Source: Nitrospinota bacterium
GTDB taxonomy: Bacteria > UBA8248 > JACPRG01 > G963555815
Length of the DNA stretch: 61,180 nucleotides
NCBI GenBank assembly: GCA_046758845.1
Contig: JBHIBA010000001.1
Coordinates: 1 to 61,180, forward strand
Reading direction: 5' to 3'
Positions within the stretch are counted from its first letter, which is position 1, and each line of letters opens with the position of its first letter. Of this stretch, positions 26,217-34,381 are shown in pieces. The position numbers were made by a program, and so were the translations under genes. Below the pieces are notes generated by a model. That model had not been told where the DNA came from. It searched no databases and saw only the letters and a list, made by a program, of their open reading frames with translations.

Positions 26217-27948
26217 TGCGCGGCTCCAGCAGACGGACGATCTGCTTCGTCGTCGGGTCGATGTCCAGCCGGTACACCTCCCGGGCCGCCTGGTAGCTCA
26301 CGATCCCGTCCAGCACGTCCTCCCGCACGGCCTCCGGATCCCGCTTCGCGGGGTTGCCGACGCCCGCGCCGCCCCCGGATTGCTTCAGGATAACGTCGCC
26401 CGGCTGCAAGTCGAAGTACCGGTGGGCCCTGGCCAGGGTCCGCTGGTCCCCCCTGAGGATCCAGCACCTGTTCGGGGGGCAGTCCCGACCGCCCGCGACC
26501 CCTTGCGGCACCACGACCTCGGCGTCGGCGTTGCCGGTGGACATCTTGGCCTCCCCGCCGTCGTTGCGCATGGACCAGTGGACCCCGCAGGCCCCTCGCC
26601 ATCGGCCGGCAGCCGGGCTGTCCTCGGCGAACTCGTAGCGGAGCATCCACCAGGGGACCCGCACCTCCATTTCCTCCACGTTGGCGCGGGCCACCTCGCC
26701 CATCGTGGTGATGGAGGCCGCGCCCTCGAACCCGTCGTAGCCCCACACCGCCCCCGCACCCCCGTCCGGCTCGAACATGCTCTGGACATACCGCTCCCCC
26801 GTGCGGGGATCGGGACCGAAGATGTAATGCCGGTAGTGCCGCGCCCAGGGGGCGATGGCGCGCTGGGGCAGGGGCTGGGACATGGCAATGAGGACCGACT
26901 CCATGACCTGGGAGCCGACGGTGATCGGGGCTGCGCCCACCGTGCAGGGCCACTGGGCGTTGGTCACGCGTCCTTCCGGGTTGACCACGGTGATGGGCGC
27001 CATGCTGCCCTCGTTATGGTAGTTGGCGATGGCGGGGTCCAGGAACAGGAACACGGATGCCACCGCCTGGCTGTACACGGCCGGGTAGGTGCTGTTCACG
27101 AATCCCTTCCGCTGGGCGTCGCTCCGGGAGAAGTCCAAGGTCAGCTCGTCTCCGGCAACCGTCATGTCCAGCCGTACCCACACCGGTTCGTCCAGCACCG
27201 TCCCGTCGTCGTCGCAACCCGCCTCGGCCGAGTAGGTCCCGTCGGGGATCTGCCGGATCTGCTCGCGGACGAACCGCTCGGTCCGCTGCCGCATTTCCCC
27301 GATACAGCCTTCGACCACGTCGAGGCCGTACTTGCGCATGAGGCCCTGGAGGCGGCGCTCGCAGATGGTGGTGGCCGCGATCATGCCCAGGTTGTCCACC
27401 CGCACCCCCTCCGGCCACCGCACGTTGTTGTAGATCAGGCGGTGCAGGTCCTCGTTCTCGCGTCCGCGGTCCAGGAACTTCACCGGGGGGATGTTGAGCC
27501 CCTCCGCCACGATGTCGTAGGCGTTGGGGAAGTAGCCCCCCGGGTAGGCCCCGCCCGTGTCGTACTGGTGGGCGCGGGCCAGGGTGAAGAAGCAGAGGCG
27601 GCCGTCGTGGAAGATGGGCCGGATGAAGGCCCAGTCCGGCAGGTGGTTGCCATAGCCGTGGTAGGGGTCGTTACAAAGGAAGACATCCCCCGGGAAAATC
27701 CGGTCCCCGAAGTGCTCCAGGATGTACTCGATGGTGTACTTGCCCCCGAGGAACTGTGAGGGCAGGCCCGTGGGGACGGCAATGGTGCGGCCCTCGCGGT
27801 CCCAGATGCCCACGGAGATATCGCCCAGGTGGGCGATGAGGATGCTCTGGGCCGTCCGAACGATGACGTGTTTCATCTCCCGGCAGTAGCTCTGCATGGC
27901 GTGCCAAACGGTGGAGAGCGTGATGGGATCGATGGCTTGCTCAGGCAT
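26209..27948 (-). CDS. hyuB: hydantoinase B / oxoprolinase family protein
   Basis: 579 aa. MPEQAIDPITLSTVWHAMQSYCREMKHVIVRTAQS... is a typical HyuB start. Overlaps its neighbours by a few nt. Confidence 0.9.
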   Translation of the reverse strand: MPEQAIDPITLSTVWHAMQSYCREMKHVIVRTAQSILIAHLGDISVGIWDREGRTIAVPTGLPSQFLGGKYTIEYILEHFGDRIFPGDVFLCNDPYHGYGNHLPDWAFIRPIFHDGRLCFFTLARAHQYDTGGAYPGGYFPNAYDIVAEGLNIPPVKFLDRGRENEDLHRLIYNNVRWPEGVRVDNLGMIAATTICERRLQGLMRKYGLDVVEGCIGEMRQRTERFVREQIRQIPDGTYSAEAGCDDDGTVLDEPVWVRLDMTVAGDELTLDFSRSDAQRKGFVNSTYPAVYSQAVASVFLFLDPAIANYHNEGSMAPITVVNPEGRVTNAQWPCTVGAAPITVGSQVMESVLIAMSQPLPQRAIAPWARHYRHYIFGPDPRTGERYVQSMFEPDGGAGAVWGYDGFEGAASITTMGEVARANVEEMEVRVPWWMLRYEFAEDSPAAGRWRGACGVHWSMRNDGGEAKMSTGNADAEVVVPQGVAGGRDCPPNRCWILRGDQRTLARAHRYFDLQPGDVILKQSGGGAGVGNPAKRDPEAVREDVLDGIVSYQAAREVYRLDIDPTTKQIVRLLEPRSG

Positions 27949-27951
27949 TCC

Positions 27952-30048
27952 TCAACCTCCCAGGCCCAGGACGTAGTTGTGGACCCCATCCACGTGCGCG
28001 ACGAACCCGGGCGGGATCACGACGGTGGTGGTCTGCTCCTCGATGATGGCCGGCCCCTTGAGCCGGTGCCCCTCCTGGATGGCCGGGCCGTCGTATACGG
28101 GAACGTCCTGCAGAGCGCCCGCGAAGAAGGCGCGCCGGCGCCGCTTTTCCACGAGGGGCCCCGGGCGCGGGGGCGCGCCCCCCCCGGCCGCCAGGTGAAC
28201 CTCGGCGCGGCGGGGGGCCGTAGCGTGGAGCTTGAAGTTGATGAAGTCCACGGCGCGAAAGCTCATGGCGAAGGTGTACCGGGCCTCGTGCTGGCGGTGA
28301 AAGGCCTCTACGATGGCCGGGATGTCTCCGGGCTCCAGGGGCCGCGACGGCAGATCCACCTCGATCTCGTGGAACTGACGTGAGTAGCGCATGTCTGCGG
28401 ACCGGCCGAGGTGGACCTCGGTGGGCGGAATGCCGACGGCGCGGAAGGCCGCCAAGGCCTCCGCCTCCATGGCGGCGAAGGTGTCGTTCACCTTTCCGAT
28501 GTCCAGGGTCGCGGCCGGGGAGACCAGAGTGTGGGTGTAATCCCGGCCGATGTCCATGAGGAGCATCCCCAAGGCGCTGTACAGCGCGGCCGCCTGGGGC
28601 ACGATGACCGTGCGGGTCCCCAGGACATCCGCCAGGAACCCGGCGTGCACGGGGCCGGCCCCGCCCCCCGCCACCAGGGCGAAGTCCCGGACGTCGTAGC
28701 CCCGACGCGTGGAGATCTCGGTGATCTGGCTCGCCATGAACTCGTTGACAGCTTGGAAGACCGCCTGGGCGGCCGCGGTGGCATCCATCCCGAGGCGCGC
28801 CCCCAGGCGCTCCAGGGCAGAACGGGCCAGCCCGGCATCCAAGGCGCTCTCGCCCCCCAGGAAATAGTCCGCCGGAATGTAGCCGAGCACGAGGGCGGCG
28901 TCGGTGACGGTCGGGTCCCGCCCGCCGCGGCCGTAACAAGCCGGGCCGGGATCGGCCCCCGCGCTCTGCGGGCCCACCCGGAGCAGGCCCAGGGAGTCCA
29001 CCCAGGCGATGCTCCCGCCGCCAGCCCCGACGGTGTGGATGTCCCGCATCCTGATGGCGAGGCGTTCCTCGCCCACCCACATCTCCGTGGTGGTCTCCAC
29101 CTGGCCGTCCCGCACGAGACAGACGTCGAAGCTGGTCCCGCCCATATCGATGGAGATCAGGTCCCGATGGCCCACCAGGTCCCCGATGAATGCCCCCCCC
29201 GTTGGCGCCGCCGCCGGCCCGGAGCCGACCAGGTACACCGCCTTGCGGGCGACCTCGCCCACGGATTGGACGTGGCCGTCCGCCTGGACCAGGAGGAGGC
29301 GCCCCTTCAGGCCCTGGGCATCCAGCCGCGACTGGAGGTCGTTCAGATAGGTCGAGACGACGGGGCCGACGAAGGCGCTGGCCACCGTGGTGCTGAAGCG
29401 CTCGAACTCGCCCCAGACGGGAAGGATCTCGTGGGAGGTCACCACGTAGGCCTGCGGGAAGGCCTCCCGCAGGATCTCGGCCGCCCGGGCCTCATGGCTG
29501 CCATTGGCGTAGGCGTGCAAGAAGCAGACGGCGATGGCGGTTACGCCCGCGGCCTTCAATGTGTCGGCCGCCTGGCGGACGTCCAATTCGTCCAGCGACA
29601 CGACCGCCTGGCCCTCGTGGGTCATTCGCGCGGTCACCGGAAGGCGGTGTCGGCGGTGGACGAGGGGCCGGTAGGGCGGGAAAAAGATGTCGTACATGGA
29701 CCGCCCGCCCACGTTCTTGAACCCGCGGCGCAGGGCCAGGATGTCCCGGAAGCCCTTGGTCGTCAGCATCCCCACCGGGGCCCCGCGTCGCTCCACCAGG
29801 GCGTTGGTGGCCAGGGTCGTCCCGTGAATGAGGAGCTCGAGCCGGCCGATGAAATCGTCCAGCGGCCGGTCATGGGCGCGGGCGGCCTTGGCGAGGACCT
29901 GCATGACCCCCTCGGCGGGGGACCGCGGCGTGGTGGGGGCCTTGAAGGCGCGGACCTCGCCGCCGCCATCCAGGACCAGGCAGTCCGTGAAGGTACCGCC
30001 CACATCGATGCTCACGATCATCGGGTACTCCCCTCCATGTGGGTTCAC
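27952..30048 (-). CDS. hyuA: hydantoinase A / oxoprolinase family protein
   Basis: 698 aa. IVSIDVGGTFTDCLVLDGGGEV..., ISIDMGGTSFDVCLV are the ASKHA-fold motifs of HyuA. Confidence 0.9.
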   Translation of the reverse strand: MNPHGGEYPMIVSIDVGGTFTDCLVLDGGGEVRAFKAPTTPRSPAEGVMQVLAKAARAHDRPLDDFIGRLELLIHGTTLATNALVERRGAPVGMLTTKGFRDILALRRGFKNVGGRSMYDIFFPPYRPLVHRRHRLPVTARMTHEGQAVVSLDELDVRQAADTLKAAGVTAIAVCFLHAYANGSHEARAAEILREAFPQAYVVTSHEILPVWGEFERFSTTVASAFVGPVVSTYLNDLQSRLDAQGLKGRLLLVQADGHVQSVGEVARKAVYLVGSGPAAAPTGGAFIGDLVGHRDLISIDMGGTSFDVCLVRDGQVETTTEMWVGEERLAIRMRDIHTVGAGGGSIAWVDSLGLLRVGPQSAGADPGPACYGRGGRDPTVTDAALVLGYIPADYFLGGESALDAGLARSALERLGARLGMDATAAAQAVFQAVNEFMASQITEISTRRGYDVRDFALVAGGGAGPVHAGFLADVLGTRTVIVPQAAALYSALGMLLMDIGRDYTHTLVSPAATLDIGKVNDTFAAMEAEALAAFRAVGIPPTEVHLGRSADMRYSRQFHEIEVDLPSRPLEPGDIPAIVEAFHRQHEARYTFAMSFRAVDFINFKLHATAPRRAEVHLAAGGGAPPRPGPLVEKRRRRAFFAGALQDVPVYDGPAIQEGHRLKGPAIIEEQTTTVVIPPGFVAHVDGVHNYVLGLGG

Positions 30049-30124
30049 CCGGCCACAACGGGACGCGGGCCGTGCCCCCCCGCGGGTTCATGCCTTGCGC
30101 TGCTCCATGGACCAGGGGATGGTG

Positions 30125-30402
30125 AGCCGTTCCGGGACGCAGATTATCTCGAACGGGAATTTCCTGTTTCAACCCGAACGGGCGACTTCCCAGGTCCTCT
30201 TTTGGCGAAGAAAGTTATGAGACCCCTTTCCGGTGATGCTGTCAAGGGATTTCAGGGACCAGTGCCTGAGCCCCTTGGGCGGGGCCAGCCTGCGCAGGAA
30301 GTTGCCCAGGTTGTAGGCCAGGAAGAAGAGAAGCAGCCAGGATGCTGGAGGAACGAACTCGCACAAGATCTCGCACAGGAAAAGCTGTTTAGAGCAATCC
30401 AT
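30125..30402 (-). mobile_element. IS1380/IS4-superfamily DDE transposase remnant (last ~75 codons plus IS end region)
   Basis: The 77-aa ORF contains LLLFFLAYNLGNFLRRLAPPKGLRHWSLKSL, the conserved C-terminal block of these transposases. Downstream non-coding DNA shares GGGTTRAAAYRGGAAATTCC with the copy at 42032..42050. Confidence 0.55.
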
Positions 30403-30431
30403 TTGAAAATGAGAGAGTCGGGGTTCTAATC

Positions 30432-30491
30432 CGGGGACTCAAGATCCCCCGGTCCCAGCCCGTGTGGGTTCAAATCCCGCCTCCGCCGCCA
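30432..30491 (+). pseudogene. tRNA-Leu(CAA) 3' fragment (anticodon arm to CCA), 5' half missing
   Basis: GGGGACTCAAGATCCCCCGGTCCCAGCCCGTGTGGGTTCAAATCCCGCCTCCGCCGCCA aligns by eye at ~52/61 positions with 21716..21778. No GGCGGAG acceptor 5' strand or D-arm lies upstream. Confidence 0.7.
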
Positions 30492-30758
30492 CTTTTTCAG
30501 TAGGTTAGAAGGACAGACACCCTCTTAAGACACACCACCAGCTACCGGATTGTCTCCGTTGTGTCTCCTTTTCAAATCGAATTGGATGCGCTGACGCCAA
30601 CCTTCACCCTGTACGAATCGGGACTTGTCCTCGCTTTAAGAGCAGACGTGGCCGAGAGTGGTCAGTGAAATCGGGATATACTGAGGTCGAAATAAGAAGG
30701 TAGGATCGATGGATTGGGCTGGTTTGAGAGGTCGTGGTCGAGAGGAGGTTGCGGCGTC

Positions 30759-31223
30759 ATGTGGAAAGGTGAGGTCGTATCGGTTCACATTGCCCCCGAG
30801 GCAGGACACCCCATGGAGACGCGAGATGAGGTGCGGGCCATCGCGGGAAAGGGGATCGAGGGAGACAGGTACATCAAGGGGATTGGCTTTTTCTCCCACA
30901 ATAAGGGACCGCATCGCCAGGTGACGCTCTTTGAGAGCGAGGTGCTTGACACTTTGAAGCGGGATAATGGAACCGAGCTCACCGCGGACGAATGCCGCAT
31001 GAACATAGTCACGCGCGGGGTCCCACTCACGCACCTGGTGGGGAAGAGGTTTCGGGTCGGCAAGGCCACCCTGCGCGGGGTCCGCCTCAATGAGCCCTGT
31101 AAGCACTTGGAGGAAGTTGTTGGCAAGAAGGTGATTGAGCCCCTTATCCACCGCTGCGGCCTTTTCGCAGAGGTTCTTGAGGGTGGCTGGATCAAGCCCG
31201 GAGATGCCGTCCAGGAGGGCTGA
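30759..31223 (+). CDS. MOSC domain-containing protein
   Basis: MWKGEVVSVHIAPEAGHPME...GIEGDRY...RQVTLFESEVL...NIVTRGV...RLNEPCKHLE (conserved Cys). Start at ATG 30759, with GGAGG upstream. Confidence 0.85.
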   Translation: MWKGEVVSVHIAPEAGHPMETRDEVRAIAGKGIEGDRYIKGIGFFSHNKGPHRQVTLFESEVLDTLKRDNGTELTADECRMNIVTRGVPLTHLVGKRFRVGKATLRGVRLNEPCKHLEEVVGKKVIEPLIHRCGLFAEVLEGGWIKPGDAVQEG

Positions 31224-31231
31224 TCTCTTGC

Positions 31232-32725
31232 TCAGGCGTGAACCAAAGGGAGGGCGGAATACTCGCGGGATACGGCCAGGAGGTGAGGGCGCAGTTCAGC
31301 GGCGTCGGCCAGTGCAGCAGGAAGATTCTCACGAAGGCGCCCTGTGGCCCGTTCGACCACCTTCGATATCTCCATTCGGTCCGGGTGGACTGAGCGGCCG
31401 TTTCGAACCACCTCTTCGCCATCAACGAAGACCCGGTCGACCGACTCGCCGTCCTCGGCAAATACCAGAGCGTTCACCGGGTCAATCCAGGGCTCGAAGT
31501 TAAGGCTCCGGTTGAGCACAACGAGGTCCGCGCGCTTACCTGCCTCGATGCTTCCCAGACGGTCCTCCATCAGGAGCACGGCGGCGCCGCCCCCGGTGGC
31601 CATCCGAAGGGATTCGAGAGGGGTCACCCCCTGCTCCGGATCCCCCTCGCGAATGTTGTGAACAAGCGCCGCGAGATGCGCCTGGTGGAAAACGCTGCCC
31701 TTGTCGCTGCTGTTTGCCCCGTCGATTCCGAGGCCCACGGGCACACCGGCGTCCAGGTATTTCCGCACGGGAGCGACCCCGCTCCCCAGCTTGAGGTTGG
31801 AAGCCGGATTGTGCGCCACCCTGCAGCCGCTTTCGGCCAAAAGTTGAATGTCCGATTCGCTGACCCAGATCGAATGGGCGAAGGACGTCCGCGGGGAAAG
31901 ATAACCGATGTCGCGAAGGTGCTCGGGGATGGTGGAGCCGTACATCTTGCGTCCCTGGTGGACCTGCGTCCGGACTTCGAGAAGGTGGGTGTGAAGCGGA
32001 ACACCGCGTGCCTCCGACAAGTCGGCACACCCCCTGAGAAGACGGCCAGTACACCCCCGGGGCGATGAGGGGCCGATGCCTCCCGTGATTCGGGAAGAAC
32101 CGGCGGCCTCGGCCTTGTCCAGGACCGCCCCCGCGCGCTCAAGAATCATGTCCGTGGCGGGAGCCTGCTCCGCCAAGAGTAGCGTCCGGACGTGATCCGG
32201 TAGGCTCGGAAGGTCGATGGGGATTTGCTCACGCAACGGCCTGTCGCTGATCTGGGGGCAGAGCACGGCCCTCAACCCCGATGCGCGGAACGCGTCGAGG
32301 GCTGCCTCCAGATTGGCCTCCTCGACGGTCCCGCCCGCTCTCATGTGATTGAGAGCGGAGGTCACGCCGTTCTCCAGCATTTCGATGCAGGTGAGCGTCA
32401 CGGTCGCCGTGAGCTCCTCCTTTGACAGGTTGAGGAATCTCATGGCGGAAACCTTGTATTGAAGCCAGGGTTCCAGAGGCAACCCGTAGTTGAGACTGCG
32501 AATGGCCATCTCTTCGAAGTGGCAGTGACAGTTGACCGTTCCGGGGAGGACGAGTTGTCCCCCAAGCTCCAAAACCGGACCATCGAAGTCAGCCGGGACC
32601 TCCAGGCCCGGGCCGAGAGCCTCGATGACCCCGCTTCGGACCAAGAGATCCCCGTCTTGGAGGATTTCACCGTCTGCGTTGAGGGTAAGAATGACGCCGT
32701 TTTTCAGAAGCAGGTCGCCGGGCAT
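31232..32725 (-). CDS. amidohydrolase-superfamily deaminase/chlorohydrolase-like enzyme
   Basis: MPGDLLLKNGVILTLNADGEILQDGDLLVRSGVIEALG..., VNCHCHFEE metal motif, HTHLLE, ...GIDGANSSD. Start set at Met89 of the 585-aa ORF (GGGAGAG RBS). Confidence 0.85.
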   Translation of the reverse strand: MPGDLLLKNGVILTLNADGEILQDGDLLVRSGVIEALGPGLEVPADFDGPVLELGGQLVLPGTVNCHCHFEEMAIRSLNYGLPLEPWLQYKVSAMRFLNLSKEELTATVTLTCIEMLENGVTSALNHMRAGGTVEEANLEAALDAFRASGLRAVLCPQISDRPLREQIPIDLPSLPDHVRTLLLAEQAPATDMILERAGAVLDKAEAAGSSRITGGIGPSSPRGCTGRLLRGCADLSEARGVPLHTHLLEVRTQVHQGRKMYGSTIPEHLRDIGYLSPRTSFAHSIWVSESDIQLLAESGCRVAHNPASNLKLGSGVAPVRKYLDAGVPVGLGIDGANSSDKGSVFHQAHLAALVHNIREGDPEQGVTPLESLRMATGGGAAVLLMEDRLGSIEAGKRADLVVLNRSLNFEPWIDPVNALVFAEDGESVDRVFVDGEEVVRNGRSVHPDRMEISKVVERATGRLRENLPAALADAAELRPHLLAVSREYSALPLVHA

Positions 32726-33191
32726 AGGTTGCTCTCCCAACAGGATATACCGGCCTGGCCGGACTCTGCGCGAAGGATCCGGTAGTCTTTGCCCGCTCAC
32801 AATCATGTCTGCGATTAGCCTGAGGATACCGGATAACGACCACGGCCTCAACTCAAGAAGGCGATAGAGTTGAGAAGAGGAAGATCCGCTAAATTTCCGC
32901 TGCAAGAAACACTGCAATATAAACGATCGTGCTCCTTTTAAAACGACTTGGATTCGCTGAAGCCAGCCTTCACCCCCGCACCAATCCATTTTCCCCTACG
33001 AGGCGTCAGAGGACCCGACTTTATTTCTCCTCTCCTGGCGTTGGATTCGGTTGACCTGTCCCCGTTCTTAAACCCAGGCCAGAATGTTCTCATTCAACCT
33101 GGGCCTCGCTAAGGGGGGCAGGCCAACTCGGTGTCAGGTGAAATGACTGATATAAATAATCGGAACTATAGGGGCGGGGGGGAGACGATAT

Positions 33192-33665
33192 ATGTCCAAA
33201 CCCGTTAGAGTTCGGAAGGTTGTTTGCCCTGCTTGTGTAACTTTGTTTCCTCAACCCTCCTGCGAGCCAATAACCTGCCCGATTTGCGATGCCCGCTGGT
33301 GGTCGGAAGCAGCTATTCAATCTCAAAAGCCCATCCATGAGATCGTGAAAAACGTTGAAATATTCAATTGGCAGGACCATGGCACATGTCACTACTCCGT
33401 TTATGTCGTTCTGTTGAAGCAGGTTCCAAAAATCAAGGGAAAGGCGTATTACATTGGGATGACCGGGGTCTCTCCCGAAGAGAGGTTTCTCAACCACAAA
33501 CGGGGTATCAAGGCCAGCAGGTGGGTTAAGCGATTCGGCGTGGCTCTGCTCAGAAGAGATTATATCCATCTTAATCCGATGGAGGAAGAACAGGCTCTAC
33601 GAATCGAAGAGGAGCTGGCGGAAAAACTTTTAAACTTGGGGTTTGAGGTCTTTGGGGGTCATTGA
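33192..33665 (+). CDS. Zn-ribbon / GIY-YIG-like nuclease-domain protein
   Basis: N-terminus CPAC...CPIC. Then YSVYVVLL-(13 aa)-YYIGMTGVSPEERFLNHKRG...ALRIEEELAEKLLNLG, resembling the GIY...YIG...R...H...E...N motifs. AT-richer than the flanks. GGGGGGAG RBS. Confidence 0.55.
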   Translation: MSKPVRVRKVVCPACVTLFPQPSCEPITCPICDARWWSEAAIQSQKPIHEIVKNVEIFNWQDHGTCHYSVYVVLLKQVPKIKGKAYYIGMTGVSPEERFLNHKRGIKASRWVKRFGVALLRRDYIHLNPMEEEQALRIEEELAEKLLNLGFEVFGGH

Positions 33666-33862
33666 TGCATTGTCAGCTTGGTGCCAGGGGCGACATGCAT
33701 CTACGAGCGCTCGGTTGTTGTGGTAGGGCGGTTGCCTTAGCGTCGTATCCAAAGGCGTACTTCATGCCCTTCTTTTGCGGTTGGATGAGCAGTTGGGGGG
33801 AAAGATGACTGAGGGCCCCTCCAGGAGTGGCATTCTCCGCGAATCGCCGATCTACAACTCGT

Positions 33863-33903
33863 TGGGGCTTTTCCCCGTGTATGTTCGACTCCCTCCGCTA
33901 CCG
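33863..33903 (+). other. degenerate tRNA-Leu-like variable-arm/T-arm fragment
   Basis: GGGGCTTTTCCCCGTGTATGTTCGACTCCCTCC aligns by eye at ~26/33 positions with GGGGCCTAGCCCCGTGTGGGTTCGAATCCCACC of tRNA-Leu. The T-stem is no longer complementary. Confidence 0.35.
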
Positions 33904-34381
33904 GGCACTATCTCCGGTCATGGGGCTTTGACAAGGGCAGCCAATTTTGGCGTAAAATTCGGTCCGTAAAGGAGGGGGACGCGTTGTGAAGTGAGACTCC
34001 GTGAACTTGCGATGGCTCAAATGGCTCCCCATCATTCTGCCTGCCTTGTTCCCGCAGCTTTGGGGCTCGTGAGGCAGAGATATCTGGAGTCCTTCTTTCC
34101 CCCTTGGATGGAGCAGTTGCGATTCGGGCCACGGTGAAGCCGGGAAAATGAGCCTTGATAAGAATTGATCTTGTCGTTCTCGACCTAGGCGACCACCCGG
34201 GGAAAAGGTATGAGGTTCACGTGAGGAGGGTGGAAACCCGGGTATTTCAGCACCGTCGAGAAGGGAAGGCGCCCTACTGGTTTGGCTCCATGGCAAAGGG
34301 CTTCCGGCACCCTCGGATCGTTTGGGGCTGAACTGGGCGAATCATCGGAATTTGGGTCGTTATGGGTTGAAAGGAGGGCGC

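Noticed and set aside
26080-30429. 559-aa (26080..27759) and 672-aa (28411..30429) plus-strand ORFs, plus the 379-aa alternative minus frame 27941..29080
   Set aside because: They overlap hyuB/hyuA, which have unmistakable family motifs. These ORFs are low-complexity (R/G/P/A/H-rich) shadows.
30405-30491. Intact second tRNA-Leu gene
   Set aside because: No acceptor 5' strand (GGCGGAG) or D-arm lies upstream of the anticodon arm. Only the 3' two-thirds is present.
33090-33569. 159-aa minus-strand ORF overlapping the Zn-ribbon/GIY-YIG ORF
   Set aside because: It has no motifs and no RBS. The plus-strand ORF has Cys-pair and GIY-YIG-like motifs and a G-rich RBS.
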